A DNA stretch of 37,869 nt from positions 1 to 37,869 of the forward strand of contig CAYWRF010000002.1 in NCBI GenBank assembly GCA_964460495.1, given 5' to 3'. Positions 9,269 through 18,388 of the stretch are shown one piece after another; position 1 is the stretch's first letter; every line of letters begins with the position of its first letter. This stretch comes from an uncultured Pseudomonadota bacterium. GTDB lineage: Bacteria > UBA10199 > JACPAL01. A program made the position numbers and the translations under genes. The notes beneath the pieces were generated by a model. The model worked only from the letters and a program-made list of their open reading frames with translations, did no database searches and had not been told where the DNA came from.

Positions 9269-11263
9269 TTACGCGGTCGTCAACCTTTCCCACAGCCGCT
9301 TGATCCGGTCACGGATCTCGGCCGCCTTTTCAAATTCCAGGGAGACCGCCGCCTTTTTCATCTCCTTCCTCAGGCGTTCAATCTCTCCTTCGATCTTGTC
9401 GGCCGGTACCTCTTCTTCCCCTTGCGGTTTAAGCGGCACCGTAACGTAATCCTTTTCATAGATCGAGTGCAGGGCATCACTGATATTTTTCTTGATGGAG
9501 GTCGGTGTTATCCCATGTTTCTTGTTGAAGAGAGACTGGAGTTTTCGCCGCCTCTCCGTCTCGGCAATCGCTTTTTTCATCGAGTCGGTCATCCGGTCTG
9601 CGTAAAGGATCACCTCGCCATTGATGTTTCGCGCCGCCCGCCCAAAGGTCTGGACGAGCGACCTCTCCGACCGGAGGAACCCCTCCTTGTCGGCATCCAG
9701 GATCGCGACGAGGGAGACCTCTGGCAGATCAAGCCCCTCCCGTAGCAGATTGATCCCGATCAGGATATCAAAGGAGCCGAGGCGCAACTCCCTTAAAATT
9801 TCAACCCGCTCGAGCGTCTCGATGTCGGAGTGGAGATATTTTACGCGGAGCCCCCTCTCCTGATAGTAACGGGTGAGGTCCTCCGCCATCTTTTTGGTCA
9901 GCGTCGTGACAAGGACCCGCTCGCCCCGTTCCACCCGTTTTCGGATCTCTCGCTCGAGATCCTCCACCTGACGTGAGACCGGACGGACGGTCGGTTTCGG
10001 GTCGATCAGCCCGGTTGGCCGGATGATCTGCTCGACAATCTCCCCCTTCGATCTCTCAAGCTCGTAGTCGGCCGGTGTCGCCGAGACGAAGAGACACTGG
10101 TTTACGGTGGTCTCAAACTCCTCGAACTTGAGCGGCCTGTTGTCCAGCGCCGAGGGGAGTCGAAACCCGTAATCGACGAGGTTCTGCTTCCGGCTCCGGT
10201 CGCCATGGTACATCCCGTTCAGCTGAGGGACAGTGATGTGGCTCTCATCAATAAAAAGGAGGAAGTCCCGCGGGAAGTAGTCGATCAAGGTCGGCGGTGG
10301 CTCACCGGCCCCCCTCCCGGTGATGTGGCGGGAGTAATTTTCAATCCCCTTGCAGAAGCCGATCTCCTCCATCATCTCGAGATCAAAGCGGGTCCTCTGC
10401 TCGAGCCTCTGGGCCTCGAGGAGCCTTCCGTTGATCCGCAGCTCCTTGAGCCTTTCCTTCAGCTCTTGTCGGATCGTCTCCATAGCCCGTTTCATCTGCT
10501 CCCTGGGTGTCACGTAGTGCGAGGCAGGATAGATCGTGATTTCATTTAAGGGGTGGAGTGTCGTCCCCTTCAGCGCTTCAATTTCCGTAATACGATCAAT
10601 CTCATCCCCGAAAAATTCTATCCGAACCGCCCGTTCTTCCTCATGCGCAGGAAAAATCTCCACGACATCGCCGCGCACCCGAAAGGCCCCCCGGTGGAAG
10701 TCATAGTCGTTTCTCTCATACTGGACCTTGATCAGGTCCTTCAAAAGGGCTTGTCGCGGGTATTCGGTTCCCTTTTTGATCGGAACGACCAGGCCGTGAT
10801 ACGCCTCCGGTGAGCCGAGGCCGTAGATGCAGGAGACCGAGGCAACGATGATCGTGTCCCGGCGCTCAAAAAGGGACCGCGTCGCCCCATGACGGAGCTT
10901 GTCGATCTCTTCGTTAATCGAGGAGTCTTTCTCGATATAGAGGTCCTGCTGCGGGACATACGCCTCCGGCTGATAGTAGTCATAGTAAGAGACGAAGTAC
11001 TCCACGGCATTTTCCGGGAAGAGTTCCCTGAATTCGGAATAGAGCTGGGCCGCAAGCGTCTTGTTGGGGGCGATCACGAGGGTCGGTCGCTGGGTATTGG
11101 CGATGACGTGGGCCATTGAGAAGGTCTTCCCGGATCCGGTGACCCCCAACAGGGTCTGGTGCCTTTTCCCCTCAATAACCCCCTCGGTCATCTGTTCGAT
11201 CGCCCCCGGCTGATCCCCCTTTGGGGTAAAATCGCTGACCAGCCGAAATTTGGTGTCTTTCAT
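9269..11263 (-). CDS. uvrB: excinuclease ABC subunit B
   Basis: 664 aa; GVTGSGKTF Walker A; helicase motifs; C-terminal UVR domain (…[13 protein letters not shown]…). Confidence 0.97.
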   Translation of the reverse strand: MKDTKFRLVSDFTPKGDQPGAIEQMTEGVIEGKRHQTLLGVTGSGKTFSMAHVIANTQRPTLVIAPNKTLAAQLYSEFRELFPENAVEYFVSYYDYYQPEAYVPQQDLYIEKDSSINEEIDKLRHGATRSLFERRDTIIVASVSCIYGLGSPEAYHGLVVPIKKGTEYPRQALLKDLIKVQYERNDYDFHRGAFRVRGDVVEIFPAHEEERAVRIEFFGDEIDRITEIEALKGTTLHPLNEITIYPASHYVTPREQMKRAMETIRQELKERLKELRINGRLLEAQRLEQRTRFDLEMMEEIGFCKGIENYSRHITGRGAGEPPPTLIDYFPRDFLLFIDESHITVPQLNGMYHGDRSRKQNLVDYGFRLPSALDNRPLKFEEFETTVNQCLFVSATPADYELERSKGEIVEQIIRPTGLIDPKPTVRPVSRQVEDLEREIRKRVERGERVLVTTLTKKMAEDLTRYYQERGLRVKYLHSDIETLERVEILRELRLGSFDILIGINLLREGLDLPEVSLVAILDADKEGFLRSERSLVQTFGRAARNINGEVILYADRMTDSMKKAIAETERRRKLQSLFNKKHGITPTSIKKNISDALHSIYEKDYVTVPLKPQGEEEVPADKIEGEIERLRKEMKKAAVSLEFEKAAEIRDRIKRLWERLTTA

Positions 11264-11285
11264 AATGTATTCTAAAAATATTTAT

Positions 11286-11336
11286 TATTAATGTTATTAA
11301 TAAATTTTATAAGTATTTACAATAGCTTAAATACTT
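11286..11336. promoter_or_regulatory. two AT-rich palindromes in the uvrB / TIGR02147 divergent region (candidate operator or nucleoid-protein sites)
   Basis: TATTAATGTTATTAATA (11286-11302, 16/17 symmetric) and AAGTATTTA-N8-TAAATACTT (11311-11336, perfect 9-bp arms) in a roughly 85% AT tract inside a roughly 60% GC genome. Confidence 0.3.
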
Positions 11337-11374
11337 TTATGAATTCTAATAATAATACATTAACAAAAAAACAG

Positions 11375-11403
11375 TAGACTCCACTCCTTGATCTCCCGAT
11401 AAT
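11375..11403 (+). promoter_or_regulatory. sigma70-like promoter TAGACT-N17-GATAAT for the TIGR02147-family gene
   Basis: Hexamers with 17-bp spacer; SD AAGGAAGGA before ATG 11426. Nearly the same hexamers recur at 12915-12943. Confidence 0.4.
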
Positions 11404-11425
11404 CATCTTAAGGAAGGACCCCTTT

Positions 11426-12262
11426 ATGCCTGATCTATTTAACTATCTCAACTATCGCCATTTTCTCAAGGATTACTACCGGGGGGAGAAGGAGAAGAAG
11501 GGGTCCCGCTTTTCATTCCGCAACTTTTCCCGTCAGGCCGGCCTCTCTTCCCCGAACTTTCTCCAATTGGTCATGGAGGGGAAGAGGAACCTGGGGCCTG
11601 ACGGGATCCGGGGTTTCATCAAGGCGCTTCATCTGAACAAGGAGGAGTCGGTCTTTTTTGAAAACCTCGTCCACTTCAATCAGGCGACAAGCGATGAGGA
11701 AAGGAACAGTTGCTATCAAAAACTCTCAACCTCGCGCCGTTATCGGGAGATCCGGAAGATCGAGAAGGATTACTTTGTCTACTACTCCCGCTGGTATTAT
11801 CCCGCGGTTCGGGAACTGGTCCTGCTCCCCGATTTCAGGGAAGACCCCGAATGGATCGCGAAGAGACTCTTCCCGACGATCACGGCGCATCAGGCGAAGA
11901 CCGCCATTGAACTCCTCCTCGAGCTCTCGTTTCTGAAGCGCGACGCCTCGGGCCGTCTGATCCAGTCTGAGCGGAATATCGCGACCGATCGGGAGGTCGC
12001 CTCTCTGGCGGTCTCGAATTTCCACCGGGAGATGATCCGGAAGGCGGCTGAGTCGATCGAGAAGACGCCGCGGGATCGTCGGGATATCTCTTCACTGACC
12101 CTCGCCCTCTCGCGGGAGAAATTCGAGGAGGCGAAGAGGCGGATCCAGGATTTCAGACGGGAACTGAATGTCCTGATGTCCGAGGAGGGAAAGCTCGACA
12201 CCGTTTATCAGATCAATTTTCAGATCTTCAATCTCTCGGAGGTCCCATGGCCTTCTCCTTAA
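11426..12262 (+). CDS. TIGR02147-family protein (Fibrobacter/Leptospira/Bdellovibrio-type paralogous family) with N-terminal HTH-like segment
   Basis: 278 aa; N-terminus NYLNYRHFLKDYYRGEKEKKGSRFSFRNFSRQAGLSSPNFLQLVMEGKRNL resembles the family hallmark; length matches the family. Confidence 0.6.
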   Translation: MPDLFNYLNYRHFLKDYYRGEKEKKGSRFSFRNFSRQAGLSSPNFLQLVMEGKRNLGPDGIRGFIKALHLNKEESVFFENLVHFNQATSDEERNSCYQKLSTSRRYREIRKIEKDYFVYYSRWYYPAVRELVLLPDFREDPEWIAKRLFPTITAHQAKTAIELLLELSFLKRDASGRLIQSERNIATDREVASLAVSNFHREMIRKAAESIEKTPRDRRDISSLTLALSREKFEEAKRRIQDFRRELNVLMSEEGKLDTVYQINFQIFNLSEVPWPSP

Positions 12263-12873
12263 GGAGTCTTTTTTTTCTCTATCTTGTTTGTATCCTCACG
12301 TCGTGTCAGGGGACAGAGACGGGAAACCCGTCTAGCCTCCCGTCGGGGGAACCGGTCGACTCCTCCCAGGAGGGTGCAGAGGCAACCTATGAGAGCTCGG
12401 CGGGTCCTGTGGAGGCTGAGTATGATTCCGCGTGGAGTGTCGAGGAGAAGCCGGCCGCCGGAGGCCCTGCGAAGAGCACGGGGGGCGAGGTTCCCGCTTC
12501 CCCTCCCTGTGCCAATTGTTTTTTCGCTGATGCCTTTGCGGAAGGGATAGACACCTCTGAGTCCCCCTTCACCGAATTTACTGATGGGACGAGCAAGGCG
12601 ACCCTCTTTTTTGTGACACTCGATCAAGAACCGGCGAGCCTTGAATCCTATCTCCAGGATTTTTTCCCCGGCCGGGGCTTCAGGTCCTTTTCCAACCGCC
12701 ATATTCCCGGATTCAGCTATGACAACCCCGAGTCAGGGGAAACGGGAGGGGATCGGCAGGAGTATTATTTCCTGAAGGATGAACTCCTCCTCTATCTCAT
12801 CACGGACCTCTACGACGCCAACGACGGCAGGGCGAGCTTCGAAATCCTGATCGATTCCCTGCGGTTCCTCTGA
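12247..12873 (+). CDS. hypothetical lipoprotein
   Basis: 208 aa; MAFSLRSLFFLYLVCILTSC signal with lipobox LTSC; SD GGAGG; overlaps the upstream gene by 16 nt. Confidence 0.6.
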   Translation: MAFSLRSLFFLYLVCILTSCQGTETGNPSSLPSGEPVDSSQEGAEATYESSAGPVEAEYDSAWSVEEKPAAGGPAKSTGGEVPASPPCANCFFADAFAEGIDTSESPFTEFTDGTSKATLFFVTLDQEPASLESYLQDFFPGRGFRSFSNRHIPGFSYDNPESGETGGDRQEYYFLKDELLLYLITDLYDANDGRASFEILIDSLRFL

Positions 12874-12878
12874 TCGGC

Positions 12879-12896
12879 TGTATTCTCCAGAATACA
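12879..12896. promoter_or_regulatory. 18-bp perfect palindrome TGTATTCT-CC-AGAATACA
   Basis: Begins 6 nt after the stop of the 12247-12873 gene; a 2-nt centre makes an RNA hairpin unlikely, so a dimeric protein site or DNA cruciform is more plausible. Confidence 0.3.
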
Positions 12897-12914
12897 AAAT
12901 CAGTCCCCTCTGAG

Positions 12915-12943
12915 TAGACATACTGGGGGACCCTGCCGATAAT
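12915..12943 (+). promoter_or_regulatory. sigma70-like promoter TAGACA-N17-GATAAT for the beta-propeller lipoprotein gene
   Basis: Shares AGTAGAC(A/T)-N17-GATAATC with the promoter at 11375; SD AAAGGGAGGGA before ATG 12967. Confidence 0.4.
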
Positions 12944-12966
12944 CGGGACATGAAAGGGAGGGAACC

Positions 12967-14913
12967 ATGAACAGAAAAAATAATCTCGTCGCCGTATTCG
13001 TTCTGCTTCTTCAGGCGGGATGCCTGCGTGAAGGAACATTGACTCCAGGATCGGTTCCAACAGAGCCCGAAACGGCGTTGGTTGATCCGGAACTGGCGGC
13101 ACTGAACTGCAAGCGCCTCGATCTCTATTGGGAAAAGGTTCAGCAGAAAATGAAGGATCGCAGGGCTTGGGAGATCCCGGTTAACGCTACCACCGATTCT
13201 GCCCCGGTGCTCCCTGCCGCAGAGGGTGAAGCGGTCTCTGCATCTGCCGAGGGATCGGGTCAGAAAACGACCATCGTCTCCGAGGCAGATTTCGTGAAGG
13301 CGGACCGGGATCTTTTCTTTCTCGTCCGCCCCGATACAAACCGGACAGGGGCAATCTTCTACGCCTTTGGGGTCAAGGAGACCGGCGAGATCCTGCTTCT
13401 CGATTCGGTGGAGCTTGAAGGGGTTCCGCAGGAGTTCCTCTACGACGGACAGAACGTACTTGTCATTGCACGAGAGACCGGTCCCGGTTCTTCTTATGGC
13501 ACGCTTCTGCACCGGATTTCGGTCAGGAATCCCGGAGAGTTGGCGGTCACCGGATCCCTGATCCTGAAAAATCAGTCCTATGTAACGTCGCGGCTTGTGG
13601 GAGGAACCGCCCACCTCGTGGTAGAGCATACCGTTCCCTTCTGGATCGAGGAATCTCCGACCGTTGATCTCGTTTTTGCCAAGTCACAGCCTCTCCACGA
13701 TGGAGGACCCGAGGTCCCAATCACCTCATGCGGGTGCACCTTTGTTCCTGATGAGGTCCTGGACCGAAATAGTGGACAGAATGTCATCACCGTTCTCTCG
13801 CTTCCGATCCGGCAGGAACAGTTCTCCCCCAAGGGGCACTCCGTCATCACCGCCTCCGGTCAACCGATCGTCTCCGTTGGTGCGAATGCACTCTATATTG
13901 GCGTCAGTTCTTCCTGGGGATCGGATTCGGAGATCTTCAAATTCAGCTTGAATCAGGGCGATGATGTCGCCCGATTTGCGGCGAAGGGGGAGGTCCCCGG
14001 CAGACTGGAGACCGCCTTTCAGGGGGGTGGCTACAACTCCCAGTTTTCCATGGATGAGCATGCCGGATACCTCCGGGTTGCGACGACCACCGGGGCTCTG
14101 TGGTGGGGAGGGGAGGCCGAGAGCTCGCTCTTTGTGTTGGCCGAGGAGGGTCGCGAACTCAAGGTCGTTGGGGAACTGCGCGATCTGCATCATGGGGAGG
14201 CGGTTTATGCGGTACGGTTTATCGGTGACAAGGGGTACGTCGTGACCTTCAAGAAGATCGATCCGCTGTTTGTCGTCGATCTTTCCGACCCGACCCGCCC
14301 CCAACTCTCGGGGCAGCTGGAGGTCCCCGGTTTCTCAACCTTTCTGATGCCGTTGGGGAATGACCGAATCCTCGGGATCGGCAAGGAGGCCGATGATCAA
14401 GGGGATTTTGCCTGGTATCTGGGTCTTAAGCTTTCGCTGTTTGATGTCTCCAATCCCTCCTCTCCGGCCCTTGTTCAGAGCGTGACAATCGGAGAACGGG
14501 GGACTGAATCAGAGGCGCTGACGGACCACCGGGCATTCAGCACCTTTCCCGAACGGAATTTGATCGCCTTCCCGGTCGACCTCGTTACTGAGATTTCGGG
14601 TGAGAGCGATATGGGATGGAGACCGATCGGCAATCCCGATCACTCCGAGGAGCAGATCTGGAAGGTCGATCAGGACGCCGGTTTTTCGCGAGTCGGTGCG
14701 ATCCGTCACGATGACCTTTCTGGCGATTCGTCGGATAAGATCTGTGACGATCTCTGGGAGTGCCCGTTTGACGGGACTCGGATGCGCCGCGCCTTCGAGG
14801 CAAACGGTTTTCTGATCACCCTCTCCGAGTCGGGCCTCAAGGCGCACTCCTTTGACGATTTTGAAACGGTCAGAGGGCTCTTCCAGATCCCAATAGAGGG
14901 ATATTTTTATTGA
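12967..14913 (+). CDS. secreted beta-propeller domain lipoprotein (Beta_propel/PF09826-like)
   Basis: 648 aa; signal with lipobox LQAGC; segment YVVTFKKIDPLFVVDLSDPTRPQLSGQLEVPGFSTFLMP resembles the PF09826 family. Confidence 0.6.
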   Translation: MNRKNNLVAVFVLLLQAGCLREGTLTPGSVPTEPETALVDPELAALNCKRLDLYWEKVQQKMKDRRAWEIPVNATTDSAPVLPAAEGEAVSASAEGSGQKTTIVSEADFVKADRDLFFLVRPDTNRTGAIFYAFGVKETGEILLLDSVELEGVPQEFLYDGQNVLVIARETGPGSSYGTLLHRISVRNPGELAVTGSLILKNQSYVTSRLVGGTAHLVVEHTVPFWIEESPTVDLVFAKSQPLHDGGPEVPITSCGCTFVPDEVLDRNSGQNVITVLSLPIRQEQFSPKGHSVITASGQPIVSVGANALYIGVSSSWGSDSEIFKFSLNQGDDVARFAAKGEVPGRLETAFQGGGYNSQFSMDEHAGYLRVATTTGALWWGGEAESSLFVLAEEGRELKVVGELRDLHHGEAVYAVRFIGDKGYVVTFKKIDPLFVVDLSDPTRPQLSGQLEVPGFSTFLMPLGNDRILGIGKEADDQGDFAWYLGLKLSLFDVSNPSSPALVQSVTIGERGTESEALTDHRAFSTFPERNLIAFPVDLVTEISGESDMGWRPIGNPDHSEEQIWKVDQDAGFSRVGAIRHDDLSGDSSDKICDDLWECPFDGTRMRRAFEANGFLITLSESGLKAHSFDDFETVRGLFQIPIEGYFY

Positions 14914-16340
14914 CCAGGCGATTTGATTCCCCAACTCGTCGTCCCGTCGGGGTTGTCCTTGAGCTCAATCCCGTGGGCGGCGAGCTCTTTCCGGATCTGA
15001 TCCGCCTTTTGCCAGTTTTTGGAATTCCTCGCCTGCTGTCTCCCGAGGATCAACCTTTCGATTTCCTCAGGTTGCAGATTCACCTGACCTAATCGTGAGG
15101 CCTTCTGGGACCCGAGGAATTCCTCTGGCCGCTGACCGAAGATGCCGAGGACCTCAAAAATCCTGCCGATCTCTTCTCTTAATATATTTTGGGATCCGGG
15201 ATTGATCTCCTTTTTCTTATCCATCCAGGAGTTCAGGCGACGCAGCCGATCAAAGAGGACCCCCAAAAAGGCGGCGGTATTGAAATCATCGTCCATCGCC
15301 TTTTCAAGTGCAGGGTAGAGATTCATATCCGGCAGCGTGCTCGTACCCGACTCGAGCGAATTCAACCGGTGGAGTGTCTCGTAGAACCGGCTGACGGACT
15401 CTTCAGCGGCGTCGAGGTTCTTCTCCGTAAAATTCAAGGGGCTCCGGTAGTGACTGGAGAGGAGAAAAAGCCGGATCGCCTCGCTTGACCAGCGCTGGAG
15501 CATCGAGGCGACTGTGCGGATATTCCCGAGCGACTTGCTCATCTTCTCTTCTTCGATATTCACAAAACCGTTGTGGATCCAGTATCGGGCGAGTATTTTC
15601 CCCGTGGAGGCCTCGCTCTGCGCAATCTCGTTTTCGTGGTGCGGAAAAATCAGATCCCTCCCGCCGCCGTGGATATCAAAAGATTCGCCGAGGTACCTCA
15701 TGCTCATCGCGCTGCACTCAATATGCCACCCCGGCCTCCCCTCTCCCCAGGGGGAAAGCCACTTCGGCTCGCCCGGTTTGGATCCCTTCCAGAGGACAAA
15801 ATCGAGCGGGTCCTGCTTTTTTTGATCGACCTCGACACGGGCCCCCGCCTCCAGTTCGTCGATTTTTTTGTGTGAGAGTTTCCCGTACGAGGCAAACTTC
15901 CGGATTGAGAAGACGACGTCATTTCCGGCCCGATAGGCGAACCCCTTCCTTTCAAGATCAGAAATAAGGTGGAGCATCTCGGGGATATGCTGTGTCGCTC
16001 GCGGCTCCTTTTGAGGGGGCTTGATCCCCAGCTGATTCATGACCTCCGTATAGGCACGGATATATTTTTCGGAGACCGCCTCGCAGGAGAGCCCTGTCTC
16101 CGCCGATTTTTTGATGATCTTGTCATCAACGTCCGTGAAATTTCTGACGTAATCGACCTTGAACCCTCGCTGCGAGAGATAACGGTAGATCACATCGAAG
16201 ACGACGGCGGCCCTCGCATGACCGAGATGGCTCTCATCATAGGCGGTTATGCCGCAGACATACATCCGCACCTCGCCCGGTGTTTGAGGGACAAATTCTT
16301 CCTTTCTTCGGGTCAGTGAATTGTAGATTTGCAGGGTCAT
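14907..16340 (-). CDS. cysS: cysteine--tRNA ligase
   Basis: 477 aa; HLGHAR (HIGH) and KMSKSLGN motifs. Confidence 0.97.
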   Translation of the reverse strand: MTLQIYNSLTRRKEEFVPQTPGEVRMYVCGITAYDESHLGHARAAVVFDVIYRYLSQRGFKVDYVRNFTDVDDKIIKKSAETGLSCEAVSEKYIRAYTEVMNQLGIKPPQKEPRATQHIPEMLHLISDLERKGFAYRAGNDVVFSIRKFASYGKLSHKKIDELEAGARVEVDQKKQDPLDFVLWKGSKPGEPKWLSPWGEGRPGWHIECSAMSMRYLGESFDIHGGGRDLIFPHHENEIAQSEASTGKILARYWIHNGFVNIEEEKMSKSLGNIRTVASMLQRWSSEAIRLFLLSSHYRSPLNFTEKNLDAAEESVSRFYETLHRLNSLESGTSTLPDMNLYPALEKAMDDDFNTAAFLGVLFDRLRRLNSWMDKKKEINPGSQNILREEIGRIFEVLGIFGQRPEEFLGSQKASRLGQVNLQPEEIERLILGRQQARNSKNWQKADQIRKELAAHGIELKDNPDGTTSWGIKSPGQ

Positions 16341-16810
16341 TTTTCAGTCAGGAGGGCAATCACCTGGCAGACAACCTCATCTCCCTTTCCTACCGCGTCA
16401 ACCCCCTCCCCTCGCCTCGCCTTCAGGTTGATCCGCTCGATCGGGATCGCCAGGAGTTCCGAGAGGTTTCCCCTCATTTTTTCAAGGTGGGGAGAGAGAC
16501 GTGGGGATTCCAGAAGGAGGTTCGCGTCGATGTTGCCGATCTGGAACCCACGTTTTTGAAGAAGGGCGACTGTCTCCCGGATGAAAACCGCGGAATCGGC
16601 CCCCTTCCATCGTGCGTCCGTGTCCGGGAAATAATGGCCAATATCACCCAACCCCGCCGCCCCTAGCAGCGCCTCTGTCACCGCATGATAGAGGCAGTCC
16701 CCGTCCGAGTGGCCGACCGGTCCCTTGTCGCACGGTATCAGGACCCCTCCCAATCGGAACGATTTTCCTCCGATCAAACGGTGGATGTCATACCCCAATC
16801 CAACCCTCAC
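16337..16810 (-). CDS. ispF: 2-C-methyl-D-erythritol 2,4-cyclodiphosphate synthase
   Basis: Start placed at GTG 16810 (VRVGLGYDIHRL, compare canonical MRIGHGFDVHAF), overlapping the ispD stop as GTGA; the 3' end overlaps the cysS ATG (ATGA). Confidence 0.9.
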   Translation of the reverse strand: MRVGLGYDIHRLIGGKSFRLGGVLIPCDKGPVGHSDGDCLYHAVTEALLGAAGLGDIGHYFPDTDARWKGADSAVFIRETVALLQKRGFQIGNIDANLLLESPRLSPHLEKMRGNLSELLAIPIERINLKARRGEGVDAVGKGDEVVCQVIALLTEK

Positions 16811-17490
16811 CGGCTCATCTCCTTGTCCCGAAAGACCCACTCAAAGAAAACAAGATCCTCGGGGGTTGTAATCTTCACGTTGTAGGGATTTCCCTCCAAA
16901 ACCTTTACCGGGAGCCCCAGCCTCTCGACCAGCATCGCCTCATCGGTCCCCGTAAAGCGATCCTTCTCCGCCGCCTCAAGGGCTTTCTTAAGTATTTCGT
17001 ACTGAAACGCCTGTGGGGTTTGGATGTTCCATAATTTACTTCGATCCGTTGTTCGCGTCACAAACCCCTGGCTCACCTCTTTCAGTGTGGCTGTGACCGG
17101 AGTCCCCAGGACTGAGGCGCCATAACGGACTGCCGCATCGAGCGTCCTCCCGATCATCTCAGGCGTAACAAATGGGCGGACACCATCATGAACCACTACA
17201 CACTCGCAGGGGGGGATCGCGCGAAACCCCTTTTGAACAGAATATTGCCTTTCTTCACCTCCCGCGAGGATTCGCGATACCTTTTTAAATCCGCTCTTCT
17301 CTACGAGTTTGCGGCCTGACTCAATCTCCGCTTCGGGGAGCAGGAGGCAAACCCCTGCTATCTGGTCCGATTGCTCAAATGAGGACAGTGTCCACCACAG
17401 GACCGGCTTCCCCCTTATTTTCTGAAACTGCTTTGTCGTCCCGAAACGGCGTCCGAGGCCGGCCGCCGGAATGATTGCGAACGCGGTCAT
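16807..17490 (-). CDS. ispD: 2-C-methyl-D-erythritol 4-phosphate cytidylyltransferase
   Basis: 227 aa; AIIPAAGLGRRFG N-terminus; VVVHDGVRPF. Confidence 0.93.
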   Translation of the reverse strand: MTAFAIIPAAGLGRRFGTTKQFQKIRGKPVLWWTLSSFEQSDQIAGVCLLLPEAEIESGRKLVEKSGFKKVSRILAGGEERQYSVQKGFRAIPPCECVVVHDGVRPFVTPEMIGRTLDAAVRYGASVLGTPVTATLKEVSQGFVTRTTDRSKLWNIQTPQAFQYEILKKALEAAEKDRFTGTDEAMLVERLGLPVKVLEGNPYNVKITTPEDLVFFEWVFRDKEMSR

Positions 17491-17982
17491 CTACCCCTGG
17501 AAGAGCTTTTGGAGTCCCTTTAGGATTTCTTCCTCAGAAGAGCCTTGGGCAATTGCCAGCTCTTTCACGAGAAGACTCCGTGCCGTATCCAGCATCTTTC
17601 TCTCCCCAAACGAGAGTTCCTTTTCATACTTGAGGAGGGAGAGGTCCCTCAAAACCTCTGCGATCTCGTAGACCGAACCGGTCTTGATCTTGTCCATATA
17701 CTCCCGATAGCGACGGTTCCAGGTTTGGTGATCGATGGTGATGTCCCGTTCCTTCAGGATCTCGTAAACCTCATCAACCTGATCCTCATCGATGATCTCC
17801 CTCAAGCCAACCGACTTGACGTTTTGGGTCGGCACCATGATCGTCATTCCGTTATCGAGGATCCGAAGGATATAGAAGGTCTGCTTGTTGCCGGCGATCT
17901 CCCTCGTTTCTATCGATTGGACCTCTCCGACACCGTGAGCGGGGTAGACTGCCTTATCACCTGGTTTAAATTGCATCGGCAT
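17491..17982 (-). CDS. carD: CarD/CdnL family RNA-polymerase-binding transcription regulator
   Basis: 163 aa; FKPGDKAVYPAHGVGEVQSIE... CarD_CdnL_TRCF domain; carD-ispD-ispF-cysS synteny. Confidence 0.85.
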   Translation of the reverse strand: MPMQFKPGDKAVYPAHGVGEVQSIETREIAGNKQTFYILRILDNGMTIMVPTQNVKSVGLREIIDEDQVDEVYEILKERDITIDHQTWNRRYREYMDKIKTGSVYEIAEVLRDLSLLKYEKELSFGERKMLDTARSLLVKELAIAQGSSEEEILKGLQKLFQG

Positions 17983-18056
17983 GTTCTGGAACCTCCTTCT
18001 GAAAGGGGCTAAAAACCCGTTTAAAGTCGCGTCTGACTATCATAAATGACTCATTT

Positions 18057-18086
18057 GGTCAAAGTTTTTTTGACCTAATTTTTTTT
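18057..18086 (+). terminator. intrinsic-terminator-like hairpin plus T8 on the plus strand with no plus-strand gene upstream
   Basis: GGTCAAA-gtttt-TTTGACC followed by taa and TTTTTTTT. Confidence 0.35.
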
Positions 18087-18197
18087 GACTCTTCCCATCT
18101 CCCTGTACTAACGTCCCCGGCTATCCCGAGACCGGAGGGCCCTTTTTTGTCCATTCTTCAAGGGGTTGCCCCAACGGGGCGAGCCCCTCCTCAAGTC

Positions 18198-18270
18198 GGG
18201 CAGGTAGCTCAGTCGGTAGAGCGGCAGACTGAAAATCTGCGCGTCGGGGGTTCGATTCCCTCCCTGCCCA
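18198..18270 (+). tRNA. tRNA-Phe (anticodon GAA)
   Basis: 73 nt cloverleaf; acceptor GGGCAGG/CCTGCCC; D-loop AGTCGGTAGAGC; anticodon loop CTGAAAA; T-loop GGTTCGATTCC; discriminator A; CCA not encoded. Confidence 0.92.
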
Positions 18271-18271
18271 C

Positions 18272-18305
18272 AAAAAAATGGGGGATCCCTTTTCAAGGAT
18301 CCCCC
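18272..18305 (-). terminator. 9-bp GC-rich hairpin with adjacent A7/T7; terminator-like only for minus-strand transcription
   Basis: A7 then GGGGGATCC-cttttcaa-GGATCCCCC directly after the tRNA 3' end; on the minus strand the hairpin is followed by TTTTTTT. Confidence 0.35.
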
Positions 18306-18388
18306 GCCCCATCCAGCTTCCATTGAGCTTATCGGTGACCCCCCACAAAAGTTGCTATCCTTTTTCCTGAAATTCGGTAAAATACAGG

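Noticed and set aside
13488-13503. TGGCAC…TGCAC sigma54-like string
   Set aside because: GG/GC spacing off by one and located inside the coding sequence of the beta-propeller lipoprotein.
18057-18075. CtsR-type operator (GGTCAAA heptads)
   Set aside because: The two GGTCAAA/TTTGACC heptads are inverted, not the direct tandem repeat CtsR binds, and the context is not a clp or chaperone gene.
18108-18348. Two minus-strand ORFs (71 and 75 aa) overlapping tRNA-Phe
   Set aside because: They cover the tRNA gene and its flanking hairpin; no RBS.
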